This document shows, in pieces, positions 1 through 9,420 of a DNA stretch of 35,752 bases. Under the pieces are notes generated by a model. It did not search any database, was not told where the DNA came from, and was given only the letters and a program-made list of their open reading frames with translations. Positions within the stretch are counted from its first letter, which is position 1, and every line of letters begins with the position of its first letter. The position numbers and the translations under genes are program-made. This DNA comes from a virus (taxonomy: Duplodnaviria; Caudoviricetes), in the IMG/VR virus record IMGVR_UViG_3300044949_000822, positions 1-35,752 of that record, one strand, 5' to 3'.

Positions 1-36
1 CTCAAACGCACGCGGGGCTGAAATTGGGAGTTTGGC

Positions 37-495
37 ATGGGTAAGGGCCGCAAGCCGACGCCTAAACCGTTACTTAAGCTTCGCGGGGCTCGTGTTAGAG
101 GTCCGCACAAGTCCGGCATCGACGCCGAGCCAGGCATTCCGCCCGCTCCGCACTGGCTTTCGGATCTCGCCCGCGAGGAGTGGGAGCGGATCGTGCCCAT
201 GCTCGAGGCGTCCAAAGTGATGAGCCCCAGGCACCAGCAGACGCTGGCCGCTTACTGCGATTCGCTCGCGGACATGATAGAGGCAGACCGTGAGCTCAAG
301 GCCAACGGAGCCACGTTCATGGACGACAAAGGTAGGGTAAGCAATCACCCGGCGTGGACTCGGAAGCGTGACGCTCGCACGTCGATGCTCAAGTTCGCGT
401 CTGAGTTTGGCCTAACGGCGTCTGCCCTGGCACGAGTCTCGGCGGTTGAGAATGGCCCGCAATCAGACGAAGAAGACGCCCGCATGTTCGCTTGA
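37..495 (+). CDS. terS: Terminase small subunit, P27 family
   Basis: N-terminal GRKPTP, PPAPHWLS..AREEW, C-terminal NHPA...EFGLTASA motifs; directly upstream of terL. Confidence 0.93.
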   Translation: MGKGRKPTPKPLLKLRGARVRGPHKSGIDAEPGIPPAPHWLSDLAREEWERIVPMLEASKVMSPRHQQTLAAYCDSLADMIEADRELKANGATFMDDKGRVSNHPAWTRKRDARTSMLKFASEFGLTASALARVSAVENGPQSDEEDARMFA

Positions 496-2017
496 GCACC
501 CGTGCGAAAAGTGCTCGTCGTGCCTGGCGGTGCGTTTCTTCCACAAGCACCTGACGCACGCCAAGGGCGAGCTCGGCGGCAAGCCGTTCACGCTTGAGCC
601 GTGGCAGCAGGACTACGTGCGAAAGCTGTTCGCCACAGAGGGCGACGTGCGAAAAGTCCGCACCAGCCTGCTGGCGATTCCGCGCAAAAATGGCAAGAGC
701 AGCCTATGTGCTGGAATCGCACTAAAGCTGCTCATGGAGAACGAGCCCGGCTGCGAAGTCTATTCGTGTGCAGCCTCACGCGATCAGGCCAGGCTCGTCT
801 TTGACATGGCCCGCGTCTATGTCGAGCAGTCACCCGTGCTGCGTCAGCATCTCAAGGTTTACAGAAACGCCATCGTGCGGGAGGCGACGCACGGAACGTA
901 CAAGGCGTTGAGTGCAGAGGCCGGTATTCAACATGGGCTCTCGGCACATGGTGTCATTTTCGATGAGCTCCACGTCTCGAACCGCGAGATGTGGGAAGTA
1001 ATGCTCAGCAGCCAGGGCGCTCGGCGTCAGCCGCTCACGGTGGCGCTCACGACGGCAGGCTTTGACCGAAAAAGCGTCTGCTGGGAAATCTGGAAATACG
1101 CTGAGGCTGTGGCCGCCGGCACCGTGAAAGACGAGACGTTCCTGCCAGCCATCTATGCGGCCGACATTGCGGATGACTGGAAAGCCGAAGAGACGTGGAA
1201 GAAGGCCAATCCAAACCTTGGCGTTTCCGTGCGCATGGACTTCCTGCGGAGCGAATGTGCTCGAGCGGTTGAGATGCCGACTTATGAAAATGTTTTTCGC
1301 CAACTTTTTTTGAACCAATGGACGGAACAGTCAACTAGGTGGCTGCGGATGGATCACTGGGCCCAAGGCGACAAGCCTTGCCCTGTTGATCTCGCCGGCC
1401 GCGAGTGCTGGGCCGGTTTGGACTTGGCCACCACGTTTGACACCACAGCCCTGGTGCTGCTCTTCCCGCTAGATGATGGCACGTTCTGGATTGAGCCGCA
1501 TTTCTGGATCCCGAGCGACAACGCCCACCAGCGAGAGCGACGCGACAAAGTGCCCTACCTGACTTGGCATCGGCAGGGGCATCTGAACATGACCGATGGC
1601 AACGTCACAGACTTCGATCAGGTGCGTTCAGACATCAACGCCATAGCCAGCAAGTACAAGGTCTGCGGCATCGGCCTGGACCCGTGGAACTCCGCGCAAC
1701 TCGGCCAACAACTGCAAGGCGACGGGCTTCCCATGTCAGACTTTCGACAGGGCTATGGATCTTTATCCGCGCCCTCGAAGCAACTAGAAAACTGGTGCGT
1801 GTCTGGAAAACTGATACACGGAGCGCACCCCGTCCTCAGCTGGCAGGCCGCCAACGTGGCCATCCAGCAGGATTCCGCAGCCGGAAACATTAAGCCAAGC
1901 AAGGCCAAGAGCACAGAACGCATAGACGGCATCGTGTCGCTAGTCATGGCCATCGGGCTGTGGCAGAAGGCAACCGCAGCCACGCCAGAACAGTCCTGGG
2001 ACATGATGACGCTATGA
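446..2017 (+). CDS. terL: Terminase large subunit (start uncertain)
   Basis: LEPWQ, Walker A IPRKNGKS, Walker B VIFDELH, TTAG coupling motif, nuclease GLDLA...D, C-terminal RIDGIVS. Confidence 0.97.
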   Translation: MRMARNQTKKTPACSLEHPCEKCSSCLAVRFFHKHLTHAKGELGGKPFTLEPWQQDYVRKLFATEGDVRKVRTSLLAIPRKNGKSSLCAGIALKLLMENEPGCEVYSCAASRDQARLVFDMARVYVEQSPVLRQHLKVYRNAIVREATHGTYKALSAEAGIQHGLSAHGVIFDELHVSNREMWEVMLSSQGARRQPLTVALTTAGFDRKSVCWEIWKYAEAVAAGTVKDETFLPAIYAADIADDWKAEETWKKANPNLGVSVRMDFLRSECARAVEMPTYENVFRQLFLNQWTEQSTRWLRMDHWAQGDKPCPVDLAGRECWAGLDLATTFDTTALVLLFPLDDGTFWIEPHFWIPSDNAHQRERRDKVPYLTWHRQGHLNMTDGNVTDFDQVRSDINAIASKYKVCGIGLDPWNSAQLGQQLQGDGLPMSDFRQGYGSLSAPSKQLENWCVSGKLIHGAHPVLSWQAANVAIQQDSAAGNIKPSKAKSTERIDGIVSLVMAIGLWQKATAATPEQSWDMMTL

Positions 2018-3318
2018 GCGAAAACGCAGCCGCTGACTTCAAGATGTTCGACCTGCGTGGCATCGACTGGCCCGAAGTGAGTTCCAGCCGCACGCCTTCC
2101 GGCATTCGCGTCAACGCTGACAACTCAATGGCGTGCTCGGCCTACACGGCCTGCATCCGCGTCATATCAGATGCGGTATCAGCCCTGCCGCTGCACATCT
2201 ACGAGCGCATGGCCAACGGCGGAAAACAGAAGGCCACGAGCCATCCTGTCTATCGGCTCCTGCACCAGCAGCCTAACCCGTGGCAGACGGCTCAGGAGTT
2301 TCGGGATTGGATGACCGGCATGTACCTGCATTACGGTGCGAGCTACGCCGAGATTCGCCCAGGTGCTCGAGGTGCCGTGTCTGAGTTGTGGCCGCTGCAC
2401 AGCAGCCGCATGGAGGCTGAGCGGTTGTCTGATGGCACGCTGCGGTATCGCTACCGCGAGCCAAGTGGGCAGCAGACGATCTACAGCCAGGAGCAGATTT
2501 TTGCCCTGCGATTCACGACCGAAGACGGCATCAAGGCGATCCCGACATACAAGATTTTCCAGAACGCCATTGGCCTGGCCCAGGCCCTTGAGACACACGG
2601 CAGCACGTATTTCGGCAACGGTGCTCGGCCCGGCATCGTGCTGGAGAGTGACAACCCGATTCCCATCGAAGCGGCCGAGCGACTTCGCGAGCAGTGGGAG
2701 CGGATGCACCGTGGTGCTGATCGTGCTTTCCGCACAGCCGTGCTGCCTAACGGCGTGAAGGCCCACGAGCTCAGCGGCTCAAACGAAGCAGCCCAGATGC
2801 TTGAGAGCCGGGCTTTTCAAGTGGTTGAAATCTGCCGGGCGTTTCGCGTGCCGCCCCACATGATCCAGATGTTGGACCGCAGTACGTTTAATAACATCGA
2901 AGTTCAGGGGACGGAGTTTGTGCAGCATTGCCTGCTCCCGCACTTGAAGCGGTGGGAAGCAGCTATCAGCCGTGACTTGATCGTAGATGACGAGAAGTAT
3001 TTCGCTGAGCACAGCGTGAGTGGCCTGCTTCGCGGCGACCACGCGAGCCGGTCTGCCTACTACGTTTCGGCCCTGCAGAATGGCTGGATGACGGTGAACG
3101 AGATTCGTGAGCTCGAGAACCTCAACCCGATTGGCCCGCAAGGCGATCAGCACTTCATTCAGCTGAACATGACCACGCTAGAAAAGGCGGGCGAGCCACA
3201 GCCGCAAGATCCGCAGCCGATGCCGCAGGACACGCCGGGCGAGCCAGCGGACGGCACGCCAGAAGACGATGCCGAAGACACGACTACCGCCCAGGAGGAC
3301 ACGCCCGATGGAACTTGA
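2014..3318 (+). CDS. HK97-family portal protein
   Basis: AYTACIRVISDAVSALPL, HQQPNPWQT, FGNGARPG, EICRAFRVPP, GWMTVNEIRELEN; ATGA overlap with the terL stop. Confidence 0.96.
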   Translation: MSENAAADFKMFDLRGIDWPEVSSSRTPSGIRVNADNSMACSAYTACIRVISDAVSALPLHIYERMANGGKQKATSHPVYRLLHQQPNPWQTAQEFRDWMTGMYLHYGASYAEIRPGARGAVSELWPLHSSRMEAERLSDGTLRYRYREPSGQQTIYSQEQIFALRFTTEDGIKAIPTYKIFQNAIGLAQALETHGSTYFGNGARPGIVLESDNPIPIEAAERLREQWERMHRGADRAFRTAVLPNGVKAHELSGSNEAAQMLESRAFQVVEICRAFRVPPHMIQMLDRSTFNNIEVQGTEFVQHCLLPHLKRWEAAISRDLIVDDEKYFAEHSVSGLLRGDHASRSAYYVSALQNGWMTVNEIRELENLNPIGPQGDQHFIQLNMTTLEKAGEPQPQDPQPMPQDTPGEPADGTPEDDAEDTTTAQEDTPDGT

Positions 3319-3976
3319 GCGCCGCTGCCTTGCGTTTGACGAGTGCCCAGAAGCCGAGCTCACTATTGAGACTCGGGCCAACGGCACGCAGGTGCTGACG
3401 GGGTATGCCGCTGTCTACAACCGCTTCAGCCTTCCGCTGCGTGAAGGTGGTTCGCAGTTCCGCGAGATCATCTTGCCGGGTGCGTTCGATAAAGTTCTCA
3501 ACCGCCAGCGCGGCAAGCAGGACGTTGTGGCGTTGCTAAACCACAATCCTGACCTGATTCTCGGCCGGTCAGCCAGCGGCACGCTGGAGCTCACCAGCGA
3601 TGACAAGGGGCTGCGGTATACCGTCATTCCGCCTGATACGCAGGTGGGGCGCGACACGATGGAGCTGGTCAGACGGCGTGACCTTAAGGGCAGTAGCTTC
3701 GCCTTCGGCCTTGAACCGGGCAAGGGCGACAGGTGGTCTAGCGACGAGCAAGGCGCAGTCAGAGAAGTGCGGGAAGTCAGTTCGCTCGTAGACGTTTCCG
3801 TTGTTCTGACGCCCGCCTACCCGGCAAGCAGCGTTACCGTTGCTCAGCGTTCATACGAGGCATGGATTGCATCGCAGTCCGCCGAAGAGCCGGCAGTTCG
3901 GGCGGTTAGTTCGCGTTCGGCCTTGCGGGGCGTCGCCGCCGCCTGGGCTGCCACCTTAAGGCTCAAGAATGTCTGA
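3308..3976 (+). CDS. HK97-family prohead protease
   Basis: GYAAVYN, FREIILPGAF, LLNHN, GSSFAF, DVSVVLTPAYP motifs. Confidence 0.95.
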   Translation: MELERRCLAFDECPEAELTIETRANGTQVLTGYAAVYNRFSLPLREGGSQFREIILPGAFDKVLNRQRGKQDVVALLNHNPDLILGRSASGTLELTSDDKGLRYTVIPPDTQVGRDTMELVRRRDLKGSSFAFGLEPGKGDRWSSDEQGAVREVREVSSLVDVSVVLTPAYPASSVTVAQRSYEAWIASQSAEEPAVRAVSSRSALRGVAAAWAATLRLKNV

Positions 3977-4139
3977 GGCCCGCTGCACCTGCGGCGAGAA
4001 GTTGCGGACACGCTCAAGCCGTGCATGCGGCGAAGAGACGCAGCGTTACATGCGCTGCCCAAGGTGCGGCGCTCGCGGCGTGGTGTTTGTGAAAACAACA
4101 CTTTCTGAAGTCCGCTACTGCAAGAGGCCGGCACGCTAG
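3969..4139 (+). CDS. 56-aa Cys-rich zinc-finger protein, Ogr/Delta-like (below the ORF-track cut-off)
   Basis: Hand translation MSEARCTCGEKLRTRSSRACGEETQRYMRCPRCGARGVVFVKTTLSEVRYCKRPAR; start overlaps the protease stop and the ORF fills the gap before the capsid gene. Confidence 0.65.
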   Translation: MSEARCTCGEKLRTRSSRACGEETQRYMRCPRCGARGVVFVKTTLSEVRYCKRPAR

Positions 4140-4148
4140 AGGCACAGT
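4117..4148 (+). promoter_or_regulatory. Candidate late promoter, ACTGCAAG-N18-CACAGT
   Basis: Same ACTGCAAGAG 10-mer and spacing as the copies at 31043 and 34989; upstream of the capsid gene. Confidence 0.55.
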
Positions 4149-4186
4149 GGAATCCATCGGCAATACCGCCGGCGGAGATATACCAC

Positions 4187-5509
4187 GTGGACAACCTCAA
4201 GAAATTGCAGGACGAGGCCGTTAACCTCGCCAACCGTATCGACGCCGTGCGTGCGATCGAGAGCACCGATGCCGACAAGATTGCCGAGCGCGATCTTGAA
4301 CTCGAGGCGATGAACACCGAGGCCGGCAAGCTGGCCAAGCGGATCGACTTTGAGAAGTCGGTGGCCGAGTCGGCCAAGAATCTCCGCAGCGTGGTTGACC
4401 GCTGCACGCCGGCTCCCGAAGTGACCGAAGAGCGTAGCGAGAAGGTCCGCGTTGAGGCGGTGCCGTTCTCGGGCCGGCTCCGTGCGTTTGAGAACGCCAA
4501 GGACGCCTACTCGGTGGGCATGTGGTTCAAGGCGAAGGGCGGCGACGCCGACGCCAAGCGGTGGTGCCAAGACCACGGCGTTGAGGCTCGTGCCCAGGGC
4601 TCGACCGGCAGTACCACTGGTGCGGCTTTCGTGCCTGATGTGCTCTCCTCGACCGTGATCCGACTCGTGGATCAGTACTCGGCCTTTGCTCAGAACGCCA
4701 CCAACGTGGTGATGCCGAGCGACGTGCTGCTGTTCCCACGCCGCACGGCCGGTGCGACCGCGTACTGGATCAATGAGAACTCGGCCATCACTGCCAGCGA
4801 CCCCACTTCCAATCAGGTCACTCTGACTGCGAAGAAGGTCACGGGCGCGGTGACGATTGCGAGCGAGCTCCTGCAGGACTCGATCGTATCAATCGCCGAC
4901 TGGATCGCTGCGGAGCTGGCACTGACGCTCTCCAACGCCGTCGAAGAGGCTGCGTGGAGCGGCAACCCCAGCAACGCTCCAGCGGTTGCCGGGCTCGTCA
5001 CGACCTACACGGGTGGCCTGCTGGCGGCGTCTGCTGCCACCTACGCCGCCTCGCTCGTGACGGCTGCCGGTGACACGCCCGACGAGGTGACTAAGGCGAA
5101 CCTGCTGGCCATGATGGCCAGGGTTCCGCAGCACTCGCGTGCGGGTGCCAAGTGGTTCTGCTCGCCGTTCTTCTTCGCGGCGTGCATGCAGAACCTTGAC
5201 TTGGCCCAGGGCGGGTCGGTGGGTCTGTCGCAGGGCATGGGGCCGACCTTCCTTGGTTCGGAAGTGGTTCTCACCGACCGCCTGCCGGCCGGTGCGGACT
5301 CGACGGGTGCCATCATGGCGCTGTACGGCAACATGGCCAACAGCTCCTACTACGGCATCCGCCAGGCCATCGAGATCGCGTCGAGCGACCAGGTCAACTT
5401 CCTGTCGGACCAGACCGTGATTCGGGCAGTGGCTCGCGTCGCCATCACGCACGCGAACCTGGGCACCGACACCGTGGCCGGCCCGATGATCGGCCTCGTG
5501 GGTGCGTGA
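4187..5509 (+). CDS. HK97-fold major capsid protein with N-terminal coiled-coil scaffold (delta) domain
   Basis: Position after protease; TGAAFVP, AYWINEN, VTLTAKKV...IASELLQDS motifs; GGAG upstream of the GTG start. Confidence 0.93.
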   Translation: MDNLKKLQDEAVNLANRIDAVRAIESTDADKIAERDLELEAMNTEAGKLAKRIDFEKSVAESAKNLRSVVDRCTPAPEVTEERSEKVRVEAVPFSGRLRAFENAKDAYSVGMWFKAKGGDADAKRWCQDHGVEARAQGSTGSTTGAAFVPDVLSSTVIRLVDQYSAFAQNATNVVMPSDVLLFPRRTAGATAYWINENSAITASDPTSNQVTLTAKKVTGAVTIASELLQDSIVSIADWIAAELALTLSNAVEEAAWSGNPSNAPAVAGLVTTYTGGLLAASAATYAASLVTAAGDTPDEVTKANLLAMMARVPQHSRAGAKWFCSPFFFAACMQNLDLAQGGSVGLSQGMGPTFLGSEVVLTDRLPAGADSTGAIMALYGNMANSSYYGIRQAIEIASSDQVNFLSDQTVIRAVARVAITHANLGTDTVAGPMIGLVGA

Positions 5510-5519
5510 GCCTGACGGC

Positions 5520-5538
5520 TTGACGAGTGTGCAATCTT
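5520..5538 (+). promoter_or_regulatory. Recurrent intergenic motif TTGAC-N6-GC-AATCTT
   Basis: Related copies at 15336 and 28071, each at the start of a gene block. Confidence 0.4.
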
Positions 5539-5581
5539 GAGCGGGCGGCTTCCACGACGGGGCCGCCCGCTCTCTTTCTTT
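5539..5581 (+). terminator. Rho-independent terminator-like hairpin after the capsid gene
   Basis: GAGCGGGCGGC/GCCGCCCGCTC 11-bp stem followed by TCTTTCTTT. Confidence 0.7.
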
Positions 5582-5590
5582 GAGGCACGC

Positions 5591-6322
5591 ATGCTCGTCA
5601 AGGTAGGTGGCACCGAAGTTGACATCAGGGTGGAGGCCGTGCTCTCCATGCCACGGCTTTCGTTCACGGCCAACCACTTCGCCTGGGCCCAGGCCCTGAT
5701 GCCGCTCGGCATTCGCCCCACGATGGGCACGGGTGCGTTCTGGGATCAAGTAAACACTCGCGTGATGGAGCAGTTCATCGACTCGTGCGAGTACCTGCTG
5801 GCCATTGACTACGACACGTTTTTCACCAAGCAGGACGTTGAGCAGTTATTCGCAATGGCTATGACGTTTCAGTGCGACGCGATTACCGGCATGCAGACGA
5901 AACGCGAAGACGGCCGGCCCATGCTGACGCTCCAGGGAACGCTTGACGCACCGCCAGAGGACGGCCACACGCAGGTGCCAAAAGAGTGGTTTGCTGAGCC
6001 CGTGCAGGAAGTGGACACGGCACACTTCGGCTGCACTGTCATCAGCACGGCGGCTCTCAAAAGAACAAAAAAACCGTGGTTCTGGAGCAAGCCAGACCCG
6101 CAAGGCTCGTGGAACGATGGCCGCACCGATCCAGACATCTGGTGGTGGAGAAACTGGCGAGACAGCGGCAACCGCGTCTTCGTCTCGCCGCGTGTCGTTT
6201 TGGGCCATGGCGAGTACGTCGTGACGTGGCCCGGCAAGAACCTTACCGCCCCTGTATTTCAGTGGACTACTGAGTTCACGAACACGGGCAAGCCGCCAGA
6301 ATCTGCATGGAGTGTGGGCTAA
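5591..6322 (+). CDS. GT-A-fold glycosyltransferase-like protein
   Basis: YLLAIDYD (DxD), HFGCTVI, DPDIWWW, VVLGHGE match the GT2-like pattern. Confidence 0.6.
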   Translation: MLVKVGGTEVDIRVEAVLSMPRLSFTANHFAWAQALMPLGIRPTMGTGAFWDQVNTRVMEQFIDSCEYLLAIDYDTFFTKQDVEQLFAMAMTFQCDAITGMQTKREDGRPMLTLQGTLDAPPEDGHTQVPKEWFAEPVQEVDTAHFGCTVISTAALKRTKKPWFWSKPDPQGSWNDGRTDPDIWWWRNWRDSGNRVFVSPRVVLGHGEYVVTWPGKNLTAPVFQWTTEFTNTGKPPESAWSVG

Positions 6323-6561
6323 TGCCGAAGATTATGTTTACCCGCGCATGGCGTGGCTACCGCAAGGGGCAAGTGGCTGAGCTTCCTGGCGGGATCAGCA
6401 CGCAGCTGCTCGCTCAGCGTGTCGCGGTGGAAGACAACCAGCCGTCGCTGATTGAAACGGCTGCCCTTGAGCACGACGTAGAAACCGCAGACGCCACCCC
6501 AAAGCGAAGAGGCCGCCGTGCAGTATCGAAGCCTGACTCGACAGACGCCGCCAGCCGTTGA
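6322..6561 (+). CDS. Small head-module hypothetical protein
   Basis: TAATG coupling to the upstream gene; N-terminus KIMFTRAWRGYRKGQVAEL. Confidence 0.65.
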   Translation: MPKIMFTRAWRGYRKGQVAELPGGISTQLLAQRVAVEDNQPSLIETAALEHDVETADATPKRRGRRAVSKPDSTDAASR

Positions 6562-7129
6562 GCCCGTCACGCTCGCGGAAGCTAAGGCCCACCTGCGGGT
6601 TGATACCAGCGGCGATGACGCTTACATCGGCACGCTGATTACGGCAGCCCGCGAGTGGTGCGAACAGTACCTGGATCGCACGCTGGTCAATACGCAGTGG
6701 GTGATGCGGTTTGACTCGTTTCCGCCAGACGGCACCCATGACATTGAACTGCCACGGCCGCCAATGGCGACGGCCGGCACGACCACGGCGGTGGCCCTGA
6801 CGTTCACCTATGAGAACGGCACGACAGCCACCTACTCCACGGCCAGCTACCGCGTGGACCGAAGCAGCACGCCAGGGGCGGTGAAGACTTTGTACGGCCA
6901 GACGTGGCCGCCGCACCTGATGGACGACAACGCCATCAGCGTGACGTGGTGGGCCGGCTACGGGGCCGCTGGCTCAAGCGTGCCTGCTGCCATTCGCCAC
7001 GCCTGCCTCATGCTTGTGGGCTTCTGGTACGAGAACCGCAGCACGGTGCTCGTTGGCAGCATCAGCAAGCAACTGGAGTTTGCTGTGGAATCGCTTCTCT
7101 CGTCGCAGAAATGGGGCAGCTACCAATGA
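6518..7129 (+). CDS. Head-tail connector (gp6/phiE125 gp8-like)
   Basis: EPVTLAEAKAHLRVD...DDAYIGTLITAAREWCE; VPAAIRHACLMLVGFWYENR. Confidence 0.92.
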   Translation: MQYRSLTRQTPPAVEPVTLAEAKAHLRVDTSGDDAYIGTLITAAREWCEQYLDRTLVNTQWVMRFDSFPPDGTHDIELPRPPMATAGTTTAVALTFTYENGTTATYSTASYRVDRSSTPGAVKTLYGQTWPPHLMDDNAISVTWWAGYGAAGSSVPAAIRHACLMLVGFWYENRSTVLVGSISKQLEFAVESLLSSQKWGSYQ

Positions 7130-7530
7130 GCCTTGAAGGACGAATCAACGTAGACGTGCTGTTTCACGACAAGGACGGCACAGCATCGCTCAAGGTGGTG
7201 AGTCTGCAGGACTCGAAAGCCTACACCACGGGCAAGGTTGCGGTGATCACTGGGACGCTGGGCACGGCCAGCTCGACAATCTCACACACCGGCTCGTTTC
7301 GTGGTGCTGATGGAGAGTACGTATCCATTCAGTCTGTGAACTACGCCGTCTTTCGCTTTGACGGCACGGGCGGAAGCTTCAAGCGTCTGGCAATCGGCAA
7401 CGCCACCATCCGGTCAAACGACAGCATCGTGTCTGCTTCCTGCGTCGGTGGTGACGATACCGGGCAGTTCACAATCACCGGAAACCAAGGAAGCACGGGC
7501 ACCTACACCGTCGTGCTTTACGGCACATGA
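7126..7530 (+). CDS. Hypothetical beta-rich virion-associated protein
   Basis: ATGA overlaps at both ends, inside the neck operon. Confidence 0.7.
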   Translation: MSLEGRINVDVLFHDKDGTASLKVVSLQDSKAYTTGKVAVITGTLGTASSTISHTGSFRGADGEYVSIQSVNYAVFRFDGTGGSFKRLAIGNATIRSNDSIVSASCVGGDDTGQFTITGNQGSTGTYTVVLYGT

Positions 7531-7847
7531 TTGACGCCGGCAAGCTCCGCGAGCGCGTGACGTGGCAGCAGGCCACTGAGACTAGAAACAGCCTCGGGGA
7601 AACAATCGTTTCTTGGGCTACGTTCTCAACTGTGTGGGCCAGCGTTGAAGGCGTAACGGCCCGCGAGGCTCTGGCTGCCGGCCAGATGGACGTGACCATC
7701 ACGCACAAGGTGCGAATGCGTCACTTGACTGGCCTGACGCAGCAGATGCGTGGTCTGTGGCGTGGGCGTGTGCTGGAGATTGTTAGCCTGCTCGAGCACG
7801 GCAACCGCAGTGAGCACGAGGCCATCTGCCAAGAGGTGGTGGCGTGA
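7527..7847 (+). CDS. Head closure / head-tail adaptor (SPP1 gp16-like)
   Basis: AGKLRERVTWQQ...TVWASVEGVTARE...THKVRMR. Confidence 0.9.
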   Translation: MIDAGKLRERVTWQQATETRNSLGETIVSWATFSTVWASVEGVTAREALAAGQMDVTITHKVRMRHLTGLTQQMRGLWRGRVLEIVSLLEHGNRSEHEAICQEVVA

Positions 7848-8614
7848 GCAACATATTCGCCGAAGGCCCGTCGCTGATTCAGTTGTCACTTGGAAAGAGC
7901 AAGACGGCCAAAGGGCTTTATGGCCTCAAGACGCTTGATGATATTGTCCGTGAACTCAAGAAGCTGCCGAAGGAAATAAGCCTTAAATACCAGAGCCAGG
8001 CATTGCGAAAGGCAGCCAAGCCTGGGCAGGACGCTCTGCGGAATGAGGTTTCATCGCTTGGCCAAGTTACCGGAAACCTACTAGCCAGCGTCACAAGCGT
8101 TGACCGTAAGTACACGAACAACAGGGCCAATCTCCCGGTGAGCGTGGTGGTTGTCGGGTTTCGACGCCCAACCAACACAGCGAGCCAAAAAGGCGCAGTG
8201 CCTGCGTTCACTGGCGGCTCTGTGCTCAAGGGGCCGAATCGGGCCTACCACTCGCACCTAGTGGAGTTCGGCACAAGGCCGCGATCCCCAGGCAAGAGCA
8301 GGCAGGTTGCCAAGAAGAAAGTGATTCTTGGTGGCCGCATTCGCACCATAGCCGTCAGGGTAAAGCAGCAACCCGCAGGCGGTTTGCTTTCGTCTTTTCG
8401 CTCTCGCGGGCCCTTCACTGGCCGAGGGCTGTACCCGGTTGACTTCATTGCTCGCGGATCTGTTGCGGGATCTCCTGCGCGTCATCCGCTGCAGAAGGCT
8501 TTCAATAAGTCGAAGGGCCAGATGCAGACAACTCTCGACGTGGAAATGCGGAAGGCGTTGACCCGTGCCGCCACGGAATACCAACGCAAGTTTCGCGACG
8601 CAGGAGGACTCTGA
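7844..8614 (+). CDS. HK97 gp10-like neck/tail-completion protein
   Basis: ALRKAAKP, HLVEFGT and RHPLQKAF motifs; position in the operon. Confidence 0.75.
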   Translation: MSNIFAEGPSLIQLSLGKSKTAKGLYGLKTLDDIVRELKKLPKEISLKYQSQALRKAAKPGQDALRNEVSSLGQVTGNLLASVTSVDRKYTNNRANLPVSVVVVGFRRPTNTASQKGAVPAFTGGSVLKGPNRAYHSHLVEFGTRPRSPGKSRQVAKKKVILGGRIRTIAVRVKQQPAGGLLSSFRSRGPFTGRGLYPVDFIARGSVAGSPARHPLQKAFNKSKGQMQTTLDVEMRKALTRAATEYQRKFRDAGGL

Positions 8615-9024
8615 TGCTGAAGTCGCCAGAAGCCGCCCTGAAGCGTGTGCTTGATGCCAGCCCAGAAGTCGCCCTGCTCATCGGCACCGGGACGTACCCA
8701 ACGTTGGCCCCGGTATCCGCTTCGCTGCCATTTGTGACGTGGAGGCGTACGGCGATCAGACGCACGCAGACGCTCCAAAGTCCTGCCGGGATACCGCAGG
8801 TCACGGTGGAGTACAGCATTTACGCAGCCACCTACGAACAGGCCCGCCAGGTCGCAGACGCCATGCGTTCGGTTCTGGATGGATACGGGGGCGAAGTCCT
8901 AGGCTGCACTGTGTCGCAGGTGTCGCTTGAAAACGAAACCGACGACTTGGTAACGCTGGCCGGTTCTGACTTACCGCCGGCGTATCAGATCACACAGCAG
9001 TACGACCTTTGGTGGCAGGAGTAA
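8614..9024 (+). CDS. Tail terminator (DUF3168/gp17-like)
   Basis: YPTLAP..ASLPFVTW, IYAATYEQARQVADAMRSVLDG. Confidence 0.82.
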   Translation: MLKSPEAALKRVLDASPEVALLIGTGTYPTLAPVSASLPFVTWRRTAIRRTQTLQSPAGIPQVTVEYSIYAATYEQARQVADAMRSVLDGYGGEVLGCTVSQVSLENETDDLVTLAGSDLPPAYQITQQYDLWWQE

Positions 9025-9027
9025 CCA

Positions 9028-9402
9028 ATGCCCTCGACCCCGCATGATGGTTCCGGCACAACGTTTGTTTTCGCCGGCACGACGTACACAGTCACGAACA
9101 TCACCTACACGATTGCCGACAACAACGCCACCGACTCTATTGACGTTTCGCACCTTGGCCAGACAGCTGGGCAAACCGTTGCCACGCTCGCGCGTCCACT
9201 AAAGGGCGGCGCTGGAGACACGGGCAAGGAAGTGACCATTGACTACCTGTCAAGTGGTGCCCCGATTTCGCAGGGCCTCAGCGGCACGCTTAGCATCACT
9301 GGCGGTATCTCGCTGTCTGCTAACGCCACATGCAAGTCCAGCACCATTACGCTCAGCGTCAATGACGCCTGCAAGGGCTCTGCCTCGTTTCAGGTTGCTT
9401 GA
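9028..9402 (+). CDS. Probable tail tube (major tail) protein
   Basis: Follows the terminator gene; IDVSHL motif; Thr/Gly-rich beta composition. Confidence 0.7.
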   Translation: MPSTPHDGSGTTFVFAGTTYTVTNITYTIADNNATDSIDVSHLGQTAGQTVATLARPLKGGAGDTGKEVTIDYLSSGAPISQGLSGTLSITGGISLSANATCKSSTITLSVNDACKGSASFQVA

Positions 9403-9420
9403 TCGCCAGCGGAGGAAGCC

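Noticed and set aside
4889-5749. Long minus-strand ORFs (e.g. 4889-5749, 11558-12265, 15754-16521, 24679-25533, 29684-30397)
   Set aside because: Antisense shadows of well-supported plus-strand genes in GC-rich DNA, with no motifs or RBS
6322-6561. Ribosomal protein L9 homologue
   Set aside because: Only a loose resemblance to the L9 N-terminal pattern over about 35 aa; too weak to call without a profile search
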